From Actinocrinis sp. (lineage in GTDB: Bacteria; Actinomycetota; Actinomycetes; Streptomycetales; Catenulisporaceae): a DNA stretch of 64,000 bases. The notes under the pieces are model-generated. The model saw only the letters and a program-made list of their open reading frames with translations. It was not told the origin of the DNA and did not search any database. Of this stretch, positions 9,489-19,658 are shown in pieces. Location of the stretch: positions 29 to 64,028 of the forward strand of contig NZ_DASYZI010000140.1 in assembly GCF_035946395.1 (NCBI RefSeq), given 5' to 3'. Numbering within the stretch: the stretch's first letter is position 1; every line of letters starts with the position of its first letter. A program made the translations under genes and the position numbers.

Positions 9489-10448
9489 GTGTTGCTCACA
9501 GATCCGGCCAAGCCGACGGCCGCCGCGGCGTCGGCTGACGGCACGCCATCCCGCGGCGGCGAAAATCCGCACGTCACGGTGGTCCTGCCGTGTTACAACG
9601 AGGACGCCCACGTCCTGATGGAGATCAAGCGGATCAGCGCGGCGCTGGACGGCGCCGGGTACAGCTACGAACTGCTCGCCGTGGACGACGCGTCGACCGA
9701 CACGACGCTCCAGGTGCTCCTCGCCGCCGAGGAGGAGTTCCCGAACCTCAAGGTGGTCGCCTTCCGCCGCAACGGCGGGGCCGGCACGGTGCGCCGGATC
9801 GGGTCGCAGATGGCGCGCGGCGAGATCGTCGTGTGGACCGACGCGGACATGACGTATCCGAACGAGCGCATCCCCGAGCTGGTCCGGATGCTCGACACCG
9901 ACCGGAGCATCGACCAGGTCGTCGGCGCGCGCACCACCGAGGAGGGCACGCACAAACTGCTGCGCGTCCCGGCGAAGTGGCTCATCCGCAAGATCGCCGA
10001 GCGGCTGGTCAACCAGAAGATCCCGGACCTCAACTCGGGTCTGCGGGCGATGCGCCGCGAGGTCGCGCAGCCGTACCTGCGGCTGCTGCCCCCGGGGTTC
10101 TCCTGCGTCACGACGATCACGCTGGCGTTCCTGTCCAACCAGCACGACGTGGCCTACGTGCCGATCGAGTACGGCAAGCGCTCCGGCGTCTCGAAGTTCA
10201 AGTTCGTCAAGGACGCCTACCGCTACATCCTCCAGGTGCTGCGGATGGTCATGTACTTCAACCCGCTCAAGGTCCTGATGCCCCCGGCGCTCTGGCTGGT
10301 CGGTATCGGTGCCGCGAAGGGCGTCTACGACCTGGTGGCGCACCCGCTGCGGATCGCCGGGGACACGGTGCTGGTCTTCCTGACCGGAATGATCATCGGC
10401 GCGATCGCGCTGCTCGCGGACCTCATCGTCCGCTCCCGGGGCGAGTGA
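9489..10448 (+). CDS. GT2 polyprenyl-phosphate glycosyltransferase (DPM/GtrB-like)
   Basis: VLPCYNE, VDDASTD and WTDAD (DXD) motifs, plus two C-terminal TM helices. Confidence 0.9.
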   Translation: MLLTDPAKPTAAAASADGTPSRGGENPHVTVVLPCYNEDAHVLMEIKRISAALDGAGYSYELLAVDDASTDTTLQVLLAAEEEFPNLKVVAFRRNGGAGTVRRIGSQMARGEIVVWTDADMTYPNERIPELVRMLDTDRSIDQVVGARTTEEGTHKLLRVPAKWLIRKIAERLVNQKIPDLNSGLRAMRREVAQPYLRLLPPGFSCVTTITLAFLSNQHDVAYVPIEYGKRSGVSKFKFVKDAYRYILQVLRMVMYFNPLKVLMPPALWLVGIGAAKGVYDLVAHPLRIAGDTVLVFLTGMIIGAIALLADLIVRSRGE

Positions 10449-10566
10449 CACCCCGGTGCAAGTAGGTGGTAGCGCTGTGGGCGGCGTTACCACCTAGTGC
10501 TGTAGCGGCCGGCCTTAGCTTGCAACAAGGCGCGCCAGGGCAGGGCTAAGGTCGGCCGCCACAGCA

Positions 10567-11388
10567 CTAACCAGCAGCCCGCTGGCTCGCCGGCAGTTGC
10601 GCCCTGGCGACCAGACCCGTGCCGTTGCGCGGGAATCCGCGCTGCATGTACCGGAACGGGGCGGTGCCGAAGCGGGCGACCCCTCCGTACAGCGAGCCGC
10701 GCGGCTGGTACAGCCGGGCCGAGGCGCCGGTCAGTTCCTCCATCGACGCCTTGGGCGCCGCGGCCAGCCGCCGCCGGCCGACCACGTTGCGTCCGGCCTC
10801 CAGCAGGAAGCCCAGCGGCATCCCGTACTCGCGTACCTCGACCCGCTCGAAGCCGGTCTTCTCCAGCAGCGCGGTCAGGCCCGCGGGCTCGTAGCGGCGG
10901 AAGTGCCCGGCGATCTCGTCGAAGGCGGAGAAGCGGGCCTGGTGCGCCGGGACCGACAGCAGCAGCCAGCCGCCGGGGCGCACCCGGCTGGCCCAGGACT
11001 CCAGCGCCCCGCCGTCGTCCTCGATGTGCTCCAGCACCTCGAAGGCGCACACCAGGTCGAAGCACTGGTCGGCGGGCAGGTCCTCGGCAAGCACGTTGCG
11101 CACCTCGCCGCGGCCGCTGCTTGCGATACGCGCCTCGGCCACGGCGAACGACTCAGGGCTCGGCTCCAGCCCGAGGTAGTCGTACTGCGCGGCGAGGCGC
11201 ACACCGACCGCGCCCATGCCGCAACCGATCTCAAGGACGTCCCGTACGGTCGGCGGGATCATCCGGCGGACCAGGTCGTACCGCAGCCAGGCGTTCGGCG
11301 CCAGCGGGGCCAGCCGGTCCAGCGCAGTCCGGGTCGGCGCGATGCTCGGTCCGTTCGCGCTGTGGTCGCTCATTGCGGGGCCTCTCAA
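10567..11388 (-). CDS. Class I SAM-dependent methyltransferase (start probably 11373)
   Basis: VLEIGCGMG (motif I), FDLVCAFEVLEH and VRPGGWLLLSVP. Confidence 0.9.
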   Translation of the reverse strand: MRGPAMSDHSANGPSIAPTRTALDRLAPLAPNAWLRYDLVRRMIPPTVRDVLEIGCGMGAVGVRLAAQYDYLGLEPSPESFAVAEARIASSGRGEVRNVLAEDLPADQCFDLVCAFEVLEHIEDDGGALESWASRVRPGGWLLLSVPAHQARFSAFDEIAGHFRRYEPAGLTALLEKTGFERVEVREYGMPLGFLLEAGRNVVGRRRLAAAPKASMEELTGASARLYQPRGSLYGGVARFGTAPFRYMQRGFPRNGTGLVARAQLPASQRAAG

Positions 11389-11392
11389 CAGC

Positions 11393-12541
11393 TCACGTGG
11401 GTCGTCGTACGGCGGCGGGGACGAGTTCGTCGAGCCGCTTGATCAACGGTCTGACGATCTGCTCGGAGGCGAACGAGCTTAGCGCGAGGTGCGCAGCCGC
11501 CTCGCGGGCCCGGCGCAGCCCGGCCCGGTCGCCGGCCAGCCGCAACAGCGCCTCGGCGAGCGCGTCCGGGTCTCCCGCCGGGACGAATACGGCGGCCTCG
11601 CCGAGGGTCCGGCGCTGCGGGGCGGTGTCGGAGGTGACGATCGCGCAGCCGGCGGCCGCTCCCTGGAAGACCTTGTTCGGCACCACGCGCAGCGCCTTCG
11701 GACCGGTGCCGAAGATCCCGAGACACACGTCGTGCGCCGCGACCAGCGCGGGCAACTCGTCCGGGGCGACCCAGTCCAGCCAGCGCACGGCGCCGTTGGC
11801 CGAGGCCGCCTGCCGGGTCTCCGCCGCGTCCTGGCCCTTCCCGATCATGGTCGCCTCGACCGGTGAGCCGGAAAGGCGCGCAAGGGCCTTTCCGATGACC
11901 GGTGTTCCCTGGAGCGGGGTGTACAGCCCGAAGAACAGCACGCGCAGCGGCGGATGCTCCCGCGTGCCATCGGCTGGATCATCAGCTGGCGTAAGGGCGG
12001 CGTCGAACCACGTACGCGGCGCACCGACCGGCACCACCACGGCGCGGTCGCGGTACTCCGGAGGCAGAGTGCTGAGGTGCTCGTCGGTGTCCACGACGAC
12101 CAGGTCGGCCGAACGCAGGGCGCCGGAGTCGATCGCGCGCAGCAGAACCTGCCGGAACCCGCCGGACAACTGCCGGTCGCGCGCCGTGTCGCTCGCGCCG
12201 ATGAGGTGGTCGAGGACGATCGGGGTGCGCCGGAACAGCAGGCGGGCCAGCCGAACGTCGAAGTGTCCGAGGTAGCCGACGAGCACGAAGTCCGGCCGCG
12301 GCTGGCGGCGGGCGATGCCGATGAGCCGCAGCCAGCGCCGTGCCAGTGTGCCGAGCAGCACCGGCACTCGCCACGGTTGCGCGAGAATGGCCACGCGCGC
12401 GGCGGTGTCCAGGCCGAGCGGGGCGTTGCACTCCTGCACCTCGTAGCCGTGAGCGCGCAGGCCGTCGGCGATGATTCCGACGCGGGGGTGCGCTTTGACG
12501 TCATAGGTGCCGAACACCGTCACTCGCATGCCACCAGACAA
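11393..12541 (-). CDS. GT4-family (GT-B) glycosyltransferase
   Basis: GT-B layout with VLFFGLYTPLQG and VVPNKVFQGAAAGCAIVTSD (donor-binding helix). Confidence 0.88.
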   Translation of the reverse strand: MSGGMRVTVFGTYDVKAHPRVGIIADGLRAHGYEVQECNAPLGLDTAARVAILAQPWRVPVLLGTLARRWLRLIGIARRQPRPDFVLVGYLGHFDVRLARLLFRRTPIVLDHLIGASDTARDRQLSGGFRQVLLRAIDSGALRSADLVVVDTDEHLSTLPPEYRDRAVVVPVGAPRTWFDAALTPADDPADGTREHPPLRVLFFGLYTPLQGTPVIGKALARLSGSPVEATMIGKGQDAAETRQAASANGAVRWLDWVAPDELPALVAAHDVCLGIFGTGPKALRVVPNKVFQGAAAGCAIVTSDTAPQRRTLGEAAVFVPAGDPDALAEALLRLAGDRAGLRRAREAAAHLALSSFASEQIVRPLIKRLDELVPAAVRRPT

Positions 12542-12583
12542 TAGCCGGGATGCCTGATGCGGAATGCCCGTTAAGCTCGCCCT

Positions 12584-13603
12584 GTGAGAGAGCGGACGAC
12601 CATCGTGCGTGAATCGGCTGACGGCGACGCCACGGCCGAGGCGCAGCCCGCAGAGATCCCGTCCCGGTCGCTCACGTCACGCGTCACCGCGCTGCTCGGC
12701 AGCAGGGCCGTGCGCGTCGTGTTCGTCCTGGCGACCGTGGCGCTCGGCGGTTACGCGGTGGCCGATCAGTGGCCGCAGGTGCGCTCGGGTTTCGCCGACT
12801 TCGGCGTCGGCGCGCTTCTCGGATCGTTCGCGTTCGTGCTGCTTTCGCTGGTGGCGACGATGCAGGTGTGGCGCTCGCTGCTGGCCGCCGCCGGGTCACG
12901 GGTGCCGGTCGCACCGGCGGCGCGGATCTTCTTCGTCGGGCAGATCGGCAAGTATCTGCCGGGTGCGGTGTGGCCGGTGCTGGCTCAGATGGAACTCGGC
13001 CAGGCACAGCGGATTCCGCGGCGCCGCTCGGCGACCGTCGCCGTGGTCACCATGCTCGTCTCGCTGGCCGCCGGGCTGCTGACCGCGGCCGTGGCGGCCG
13101 TGGCGGGCCTGACCGGCTCGGCCACCGGGGGATACGGCTGGGCCTTCCTCGCCACGCCGGTGCTGCTCGTCGGCCTGCATCCGCGCGTGCTCAACCCGAT
13201 GATCGACCGGCTGCTGCGGCTGGCCCGCCGACCGCCCCAGGAGGTGCCGCTGACCGGTCGCGCGATCGTCGTGGCGACGCTGTGGGCCATCCTGTACTGG
13301 GTGCTGAACGGCGCGGCGGTCTGGCTGCTCGCGACGCGGCTCGGCGCGGCCGACGGCCGCACTTTCCTGCTGGCCACCGGCGGATTCGCGTTCGCGTGGT
13401 GCGCCGGCTTCCTGGTCGTGCTGGCCCCGGCGGGCGCGGGCGTGCGTGAGGTCGTGCTGGTCGCATCGCTCTCGCCGGTGCTCAGCGTGGGCAAGGCCAC
13501 CGCGGTCGCGCTCGCCTCCCGCCTGCTCACCACCGTCGGCGATCTGCTGTCCGCTGGGTTGGCCGCCTGGGTCGGACGGCGTCGAGGGCACGACCACGAC
13601 TAA
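12584..13603 (+). CDS. Lysylphosphatidylglycerol-synthase-TM (UPF0104) flippase-like membrane protein
   Basis: Hydrophobic polytopic protein with GQIGKYLPG and APAGAGVRE family motifs. Confidence 0.85.
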   Translation: MRERTTIVRESADGDATAEAQPAEIPSRSLTSRVTALLGSRAVRVVFVLATVALGGYAVADQWPQVRSGFADFGVGALLGSFAFVLLSLVATMQVWRSLLAAAGSRVPVAPAARIFFVGQIGKYLPGAVWPVLAQMELGQAQRIPRRRSATVAVVTMLVSLAAGLLTAAVAAVAGLTGSATGGYGWAFLATPVLLVGLHPRVLNPMIDRLLRLARRPPQEVPLTGRAIVVATLWAILYWVLNGAAVWLLATRLGAADGRTFLLATGGFAFAWCAGFLVVLAPAGAGVREVVLVASLSPVLSVGKATAVALASRLLTTVGDLLSAGLAAWVGRRRGHDHD

Positions 13604-13613
13604 GCGGGCCGGG

Positions 13614-13946
13614 TCAGCAGGTGAGCAACTCCGCCTCGACCAGGCGGCGCAGTTGATCCCGGATGCGGTCGAGTTCGGCGCGCTGCGCGGACCACGCGGC
13701 GTAGGCACGCAGCCGCCAGCGGCTCGGCCGGGCGGCCAGCCAGGCGTCCCGCGCGACCCGCCAGCAGACCTCCTCGACGGCCGCCTTCAGCAGCGTCGGT
13801 GACTTGGCCACCATCGCCGCCGGAATGCGGATGCCGATCGACTCGAAGCGCAGGTTCCACGACTCGCCGTCCGGCTGCTGGTCGCGGCGCCGCTCCCGGC
13901 GCCCCCGCCGGCCCCTGCGGCCGCGGTCGCTGCTTTCGGGTTCCAT
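13614..13946 (-). CDS. Small Arg-rich hypothetical protein
   Basis: GGAGG RBS 5 nt before ATG at 13946; about 110 aa ORF with GC3-biased codons; no recognisable domain. Confidence 0.55.
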   Translation of the reverse strand: MEPESSDRGRRGRRGRRERRRDQQPDGESWNLRFESIGIRIPAAMVAKSPTLLKAAVEEVCWRVARDAWLAARPSRWRLRAYAAWSAQRAELDRIRDQLRRLVEAELLTC

Positions 13947-14438
13947 GTTCGCCTCCTGACGCCGAGCCGCTCGCGCGAGGCTCCGCCCCTTCACGATCGC
14001 ATACGGCACGGGGTTTAAGCACGCTTCGAATGGCATCGGTCAAACACGCGCCGAGCTTCGCCAGGCGTGCCAGTGTTCGTAGTGCGGCGGTGGAACGCGA
14101 GTGCGCCGCGAGGAGCACGGTCGTCGGGTGACGATTCACCCGACGAAGGCGGCGCCGACGTGCGCGTCTTCATCGTGGACGACCGCAAGATCGTCCGGCG
14201 CGCTGATCAGGACACGGCATCCGTTCAGCGCCGTGTGCGTGCGCTGAGTTCGCACTCTTACAGTCCGCACTCTTACAGTTGCGTGCTCTGATCGGGAAGA
14301 AGAGCTATCGCGTCGGGCGCACCATGCTGCCCCGCTGCCCCGGCGCGGCGCGTTAATCACGTACCGCGTGCAACAATCGTCGGCATCCCTGACCACATGC
14401 ATTGTCACAGCTGTCACAAGCGTCACTGAGGAATCAGG

Positions 14439-15338
14439 TTGCGAGTAGACGTCCACCAGCACCTATGGACGGCGGGGTTCATCCAAGCGCTGCGCGAGCG
14501 TACGGCGCCGCCGTTGCTCGATGGATGGACGCTCGTCCTCGACGGCGAGCCGGACTACCCGATCAACCCGCGCGACCACGACGTACCGCACCGGTTAGGG
14601 TTGAACCGCGCCGACGGGCTAGGTCTCGCCCTTGTCTCGCTCTCTTCACCACTCGGCATCGAACTGCTGCCGGCGGACGAGGCCGCGCCGTTGCTCGATG
14701 CGTATCACCTTGGCGCGCTCGCGCTGCCGGAGGGCTTCGGCGCGTGGGCTGCCGCCTGCGTCACCGAACCGGACCGCTCAGCACTCGGCGCCTGGCTCGA
14801 TGCCGGGTGCGTTGGCCTCCAATTACCGGCGACCGTGCTGGCGGACCGCGCGGGCTTTGCGCGCTGCGAGCCGCTGCTGCGGGTGCTGGAGGAGCGCGGC
14901 AAGCCGCTTTTCGTGCATCCCGGGCCGGCGACCTCGCGCAACGCTCCCGCGTGGTGGGCCGCGAATGTGGACTACGTCCAGCAGATGCATACGGCGCACC
15001 ACGCTCTCGCCGCGTTCGGGCGCGCGGCGCACCCGACGCTCAAGGTGTGCTTCGCCATGCTCAGCGGCCTCGCGCCGCTGCACCGGGAGCGTGCCGCGGC
15101 GCGCGGCGGCCCGGACCTCGCCGCCGATCCGGCGGTGTGGTTCGACACCTCTTCTTATGGCGCGGTCGCGATCGCGGCGGTCGGCGCGGCGCTTGACGCG
15201 GCGCGTGGCGGTTCTGCGTCACTCGTGCTCGGCTCCGACCGGCCGTATGCCGTACCCGCCGTGCTCGCGGACGAGGCGGGTGCCGAGCGCGCGACCGCCG
15301 AACTGCTCGGCCTGCCCACAGGGCTCAGTTGTGAATAG
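14439..15338 (+). CDS. Amidohydrolase-2 family metal-dependent hydrolase or decarboxylase
   Basis: VDVHQH (HxH), FVHPG and LGSDRPY metal-ligand motifs. Confidence 0.85.
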   Translation: MRVDVHQHLWTAGFIQALRERTAPPLLDGWTLVLDGEPDYPINPRDHDVPHRLGLNRADGLGLALVSLSSPLGIELLPADEAAPLLDAYHLGALALPEGFGAWAAACVTEPDRSALGAWLDAGCVGLQLPATVLADRAGFARCEPLLRVLEERGKPLFVHPGPATSRNAPAWWAANVDYVQQMHTAHHALAAFGRAAHPTLKVCFAMLSGLAPLHRERAAARGGPDLAADPAVWFDTSSYGAVAIAAVGAALDAARGGSASLVLGSDRPYAVPAVLADEAGAERATAELLGLPTGLSCE

Positions 15339-15786
15339 TCAGACAGGCCGTCTGGTTCAGCGTGGTGTCGGTGAAGCAGAAGTTGTCCCCGTTGGCCAGC
15401 CACACCCCGCCGCCTGACGCCCAGCTGACGGTCAGGTGGTGGTTCGTCGGGTGACCGTAGATGCTGATCACTCCGGCCGTGTCCCACAGGTGTCCCCAGT
15501 CTGAGTCCGGACCGTCGGTCTCGCCGGTGACCGATTGCACGTTGAGGCCGCTGCCGACGACGGTGATGCAGACGTGCGCGCCACTCCAGTAGTCATAGGT
15601 GTGGCAGCCCGTGCCGGTGAACGGCCGGACGAGATGGGGCCTGATCGCACCCGTGTTTGTACTCGGCGACGCTGTTGACGCCGTTTTCGCGGCGGCGGTG
15701 CCCGTCGGGCCGGCCAGCGTGCACAGCAACACCGCCGCCACGACCAGGACGGAGCGCCCGGCTCCACCGAGAATCCCGCTGTGCAT
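15325..15786 (-). CDS. Secreted small four-Cys protein of unknown function
   Basis: Hydrophobic signal peptide ending AAA, Ser/Thr spacer, then about 100 aa of beta-type sequence with 4 Cys. Confidence 0.65.
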   Translation of the reverse strand: MHSGILGGAGRSVLVVAAVLLCTLAGPTGTAAAKTASTASPSTNTGAIRPHLVRPFTGTGCHTYDYWSGAHVCITVVGSGLNVQSVTGETDGPDSDWGHLWDTAGVISIYGHPTNHHLTVSWASGGGVWLANGDNFCFTDTTLNQTACLTIHN

Positions 15787-15970
15787 CAGGCCCTCCGCCA
15801 CTGCTGCGCCACTGTGTATGACACTGCCGTCCACCGGGACGCGGTGGACGGCAGCCGTCACTTGTGGCACAGAGTACGTGGGTTGCCTTGTGCGAACCAG
15901 GTGGGGGAACCGGATCGGCCAGTTCCCGCCACTTTCACGCAGATAATCTGCCTGCTTAGATAAACCGCGC

Positions 15971-16945
15971 CTAGATCAGGCCCTGAGACGTCAGCCAGTC
16001 CTTGGCCACCGTGGCCGGGTCCTGCTTCTGCGACTGCACCTTCACGTCCAGCGAGAGCAGCGTCGCGCTGTCCAGCTTGGCGTCCACCGCGTTGAGCGCC
16101 GTGACGCCGGACGCGCTGAGCGCACTCTTGTTCACCAGCGGCAGCACGTTCTGAAGCCCGAAGATGTTCTTCGGGTCGGCCAGCGTGACCAGGCCGTTCT
16201 GACTGATCGTCGGGTCGGTGGTGAACAGGTCGCCCGCGTCCACCGCGTTCTGGGACAGCGCCGTCTCGGTCAGCGTGCCGCCCGCGTCCAGCGACTTGAA
16301 GGTGATCTGCGAGGCCTTGAGCCCGTAGGCCTGCTCCAGGCCGAGGATGCCCTGGTAGCGGGTCTGGAACTCGGCCGCCGCGCCGATCGACACCGGGCCG
16401 CCGTTCAGCGCCGTGACGAAGTCGGCGATCGACGCGCCCGCCTTCAGGTTGTACTTGCCCGCAGCGCTCTTGCTCAGCGTCAGGGTGTCGTTGTCCTGCG
16501 CCTGCGCCGGGTCGAGGACCTCAAGGCCCGGCGCGAGCTCGGTGACGATCGCGCTGTCCACCTGGGCCGTCGAGGTCTGCGGCGAGGTCTTGCCGGCCAG
16601 CTTGTCCAGGTATGCCAGCAGCGCGCCGTTGTACTCCGGCTTGAGGGTGATCTGGCCGTTCTTGAGCAGGCCGTAGGTGACCTCACGGCTGGCGATGTTC
16701 AGCTTGTAGCTGACCTTGTAGCCCTTGGCGGCCAGCGCCTGGCCGTAGACGTCGGCGAGCAGCACGCTCTCCAGGAAGTTGTCCGACCCGACCACGATGG
16801 AGCCGCCGGCCTGGTTCCCGCCGCCCCCGGTGAGCGGGTTCGACGTCGTGCCGCCGCTACTGCTGCTGCAACCCGCGAGGAACGCGCCGGTCAGAAGTGC
16901 AGCGGACGCGGCGGCGGTGAACCGCGTGGTAACCCTGGAATTCAC
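15971..16945 (-). CDS. Osmoprotectant (glycine betaine/choline) ABC transporter substrate-binding lipoprotein
   Basis: AAGGAG RBS and GTG at 16945; lipobox LAGC; IVVGSDNF.ES.LLA, PEY.G.LL and LADPKN motifs of the OpuAC/OsmF type. Confidence 0.9.
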   Translation of the reverse strand: MNSRVTTRFTAAASAALLTGAFLAGCSSSSGGTTSNPLTGGGGNQAGGSIVVGSDNFLESVLLADVYGQALAAKGYKVSYKLNIASREVTYGLLKNGQITLKPEYNGALLAYLDKLAGKTSPQTSTAQVDSAIVTELAPGLEVLDPAQAQDNDTLTLSKSAAGKYNLKAGASIADFVTALNGGPVSIGAAAEFQTRYQGILGLEQAYGLKASQITFKSLDAGGTLTETALSQNAVDAGDLFTTDPTISQNGLVTLADPKNIFGLQNVLPLVNKSALSASGVTALNAVDAKLDSATLLSLDVKVQSQKQDPATVAKDWLTSQGLI

Positions 16946-17300
16946 AGTGGCTCCTTCAGCCCGGAGGTCCGCGGCGGGCGGGTTCCCGGCGCGGAATGCA
17001 GGAAATGCCCTTATGCAATCCAATCGACCGGGCCGACGGGCAGTCAACCAGCGTTCGATCACCGATAGGTATCGCTTGCGCACTCAAACAACCACGGTCA
17101 ACAACCGCGACCAACGTCGACAACCGCCGTCCCGCGGCTGTTAATCCCGCCGGAACAAACCGCCGAGTGACCGGATGGCGACAAACCGGCGCCTGATTCG
17201 ATACTGTGCTGCCCGGCTCGGATCTAAAGTCTGATCATCATGTCGAGGCCGCCCAATTTGCACTCGGACGGCGTACTCGGCGCCCGGGGAGGCAAGCACT

Positions 17301-19658
17301 GTGACTGTGCGCAGCGGGCAGGAGCAGGGACGTCCGGCGCACGGCCGCAGACCGGAACGGCGGCTCGACCGGGTTCCGTTCCGGCGCAAGCTCGACGCCC
17401 TGATCGCGCTGCCCGCCGTCGGCATCATCGTGCTGCTCACGCCGCTGGTGACCCAGCAGGTCAACTCGGCCCGCGACTGGGAGAGCGCGGCCTCGTACAT
17501 GAACACCACCGAGCAGGTCAGTACACTGATCAACGACCTGAGCCTTGAGCAGGAGGACGGGCTCGGGGTGATCGGCAGCATCCAGCTCGTCGACATCACC
17601 GCGTACGACCGCGCCATGGAGACCACCGACAAGCAGCGGGTCGTGGTGCTCGCGGCGTACAACGACAACCCGCCGCAGAAGATGCGCGACGCGCTCGACC
17701 AGGTCGGCAAGCTCGCCCACGTGCGCAAGCTGGTACACAGCGGGTCGATCAACGGCACCATCCTGTTGGATTCCTACACGAAGACGATGGGCGACCTCAA
17801 CGGCGCGATCGGCCTGGAGCAGATGGCCTCCGACCCGGTCCCGTCCGCCGTCCCCGCCGCCGAGCTCAACACCCTCTTCGCGACCGACCTCGCCGCCAAC
17901 GAGCGAGAGGCCGCCCTCACCGACATCGCGGACAACCCGACCGAGGCGGCCGTCCAGTACCCGCTGGCCGAACAGTACGACGGCGTGGCCTCCGCGTACG
18001 CCACGTCACTGGAGGGCTTCGTCCCGCACGCCGACTACGTGATGTTCGCGGGCATCCACGACAACTCGCAGCAGGAGACGATCGACCAGTTCGAGGAGAG
18101 CGCCGGCGCGGCGTTCATCTCCGGCGACAAGGTCGCGCTGATCCAGCTGACCGGCTACTCCCGCCAGATCAGCGACGACGTGCTCGCCCAGAGCGATGCG
18201 CGGTCGATCATGGAGCACACCATCACGGACAACGTGGTGAGCCGGGCCGCGCACAGCGCGTCGGTGGCCGCCTGGACCGCCGTCGCGCTGGTCCTGCTGG
18301 CCCTGGCGCTGCTGACCGGCCTGGTCGTGCTGAGCGTGATAATCCGGCACTCGATCGCCCGCCCGGTCCTGAGGCTGACCAGGGCGGCCACCCGCATCGC
18401 CACCGTCGCGGAACAGGATCTCCAGCGGGTCGCCGACGACGATCTCGGGCAGGACGGCGGCGCCCCCGAGTTGGAACACGTCTCGATCGCCACCCGCGAC
18501 GAGATCGGCGACCTGGCCGAGTCGTTCAACCGGCTCCAGGGCACCGCGGTGCGGGTCCTGGAGCGCCAGGTGCTCGTCCGGCGCAACACCGCCGAGATGT
18601 TCGGCAACGTCGGGCGGCGCATCTACAACCTCACCGGCCGCCAGCTCGCGCTCATCGACGCGATGGAGCGCAGCGAGACCGACCCGGTGCTGCTCGAACG
18701 GCTCTACCGCATCGACCACCTCGCGGTGCGCCTGCAACGCGGCGCGGACAGCCTGGTGCTGCTGTCCGGGGAGCGCGAGCCGGCCGTCGACGCGACCCCG
18801 ATGCGGCTGACCGACGTGGTGCGCTCGGCGATCGGCCGGATCGAGGGCTACCAGCGGGTCGTGCTCGGCACCGAGGGCGACTCGATGGTCACCCCGTCCG
18901 CGATCGGCGACCTGACCCTGATGATCGCCGAGCTGGTGGAGAACGCGGTGGCGTTCTCGCCGACCTCCAGCACGGTGGACGTGGCGGTGCGCAGCGCCTC
19001 GCACGGCGCGGTGGTCGAGATCGTGGACCGCGGCGTCGGGATGACGACGCAGCGCCTGATGCAGGAGAATGAGCAACTGGTCCGGCGCGAGCGGCTGGAC
19101 CTGGTTCCCACCAAGGTGCTCGGCCTGTTCGTGGTCGGGCGGCTGGCCCAGCGCACCGGAGCGCAGGTCACGCTGTTGCAGACCGCGGGCGGCGGGCTGA
19201 CCGCCCGGATCGCCGTGTCCGACGAGCTCCTGCTCGGCCCGGTGGAACTGGCGCAGCGCGGTACGGGCGGGTCCGCCCCCGCGCCCCGCACCGTCCCCAC
19301 CCCGCCGATGCCGGAGCAGCGCCGGGACCAGGAGACACCGGTGGCCGCGGGATTGGCGCCGCGTCCGGCGGGCAGGCAGTTGGAGGGATCGATGGCGCAG
19401 CGGCCGCCCACGCTGCCGCGCCGGGTCCGCGGCGCGGGACCCGCACCGCAGACCTCCGCCGCCGGGGGCATCTCGCTCGCCCCGGCGACGCAGCTCGACG
19501 CGGAGGCGGCGCGCGCGGCGATCGAAGAGTTCGAAGCCGGGGTCGACCAGGCGTTGCGCGACAGCGCGCAGGGTCTGCCGATCCAGCCTCCCGGGGCGGA
19601 CGGTGACGTGCCGCCGCCCATGGGGGACACCGACGAGGAGAAGGGAGAGAGGCAATGA
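17301..19658 (+). CDS. Conservon sensor histidine kinase (CvnA-like): TM, extracellular sensor, TM, HAMP, kinase
   Basis: RDEIGDLAESFN (HAMP), LYRIDHLAVR (phospho-His region), ELVENAVAFS (N box), DRGVGM (G1) and Pro-rich tail. Confidence 0.9.
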   Translation: MTVRSGQEQGRPAHGRRPERRLDRVPFRRKLDALIALPAVGIIVLLTPLVTQQVNSARDWESAASYMNTTEQVSTLINDLSLEQEDGLGVIGSIQLVDITAYDRAMETTDKQRVVVLAAYNDNPPQKMRDALDQVGKLAHVRKLVHSGSINGTILLDSYTKTMGDLNGAIGLEQMASDPVPSAVPAAELNTLFATDLAANEREAALTDIADNPTEAAVQYPLAEQYDGVASAYATSLEGFVPHADYVMFAGIHDNSQQETIDQFEESAGAAFISGDKVALIQLTGYSRQISDDVLAQSDARSIMEHTITDNVVSRAAHSASVAAWTAVALVLLALALLTGLVVLSVIIRHSIARPVLRLTRAATRIATVAEQDLQRVADDDLGQDGGAPELEHVSIATRDEIGDLAESFNRLQGTAVRVLERQVLVRRNTAEMFGNVGRRIYNLTGRQLALIDAMERSETDPVLLERLYRIDHLAVRLQRGADSLVLLSGEREPAVDATPMRLTDVVRSAIGRIEGYQRVVLGTEGDSMVTPSAIGDLTLMIAELVENAVAFSPTSSTVDVAVRSASHGAVVEIVDRGVGMTTQRLMQENEQLVRRERLDLVPTKVLGLFVVGRLAQRTGAQVTLLQTAGGGLTARIAVSDELLLGPVELAQRGTGGSAPAPRTVPTPPMPEQRRDQETPVAAGLAPRPAGRQLEGSMAQRPPTLPRRVRGAGPAPQTSAAGGISLAPATQLDAEAARAAIEEFEAGVDQALRDSAQGLPIQPPGADGDVPPPMGDTDEEKGERQ

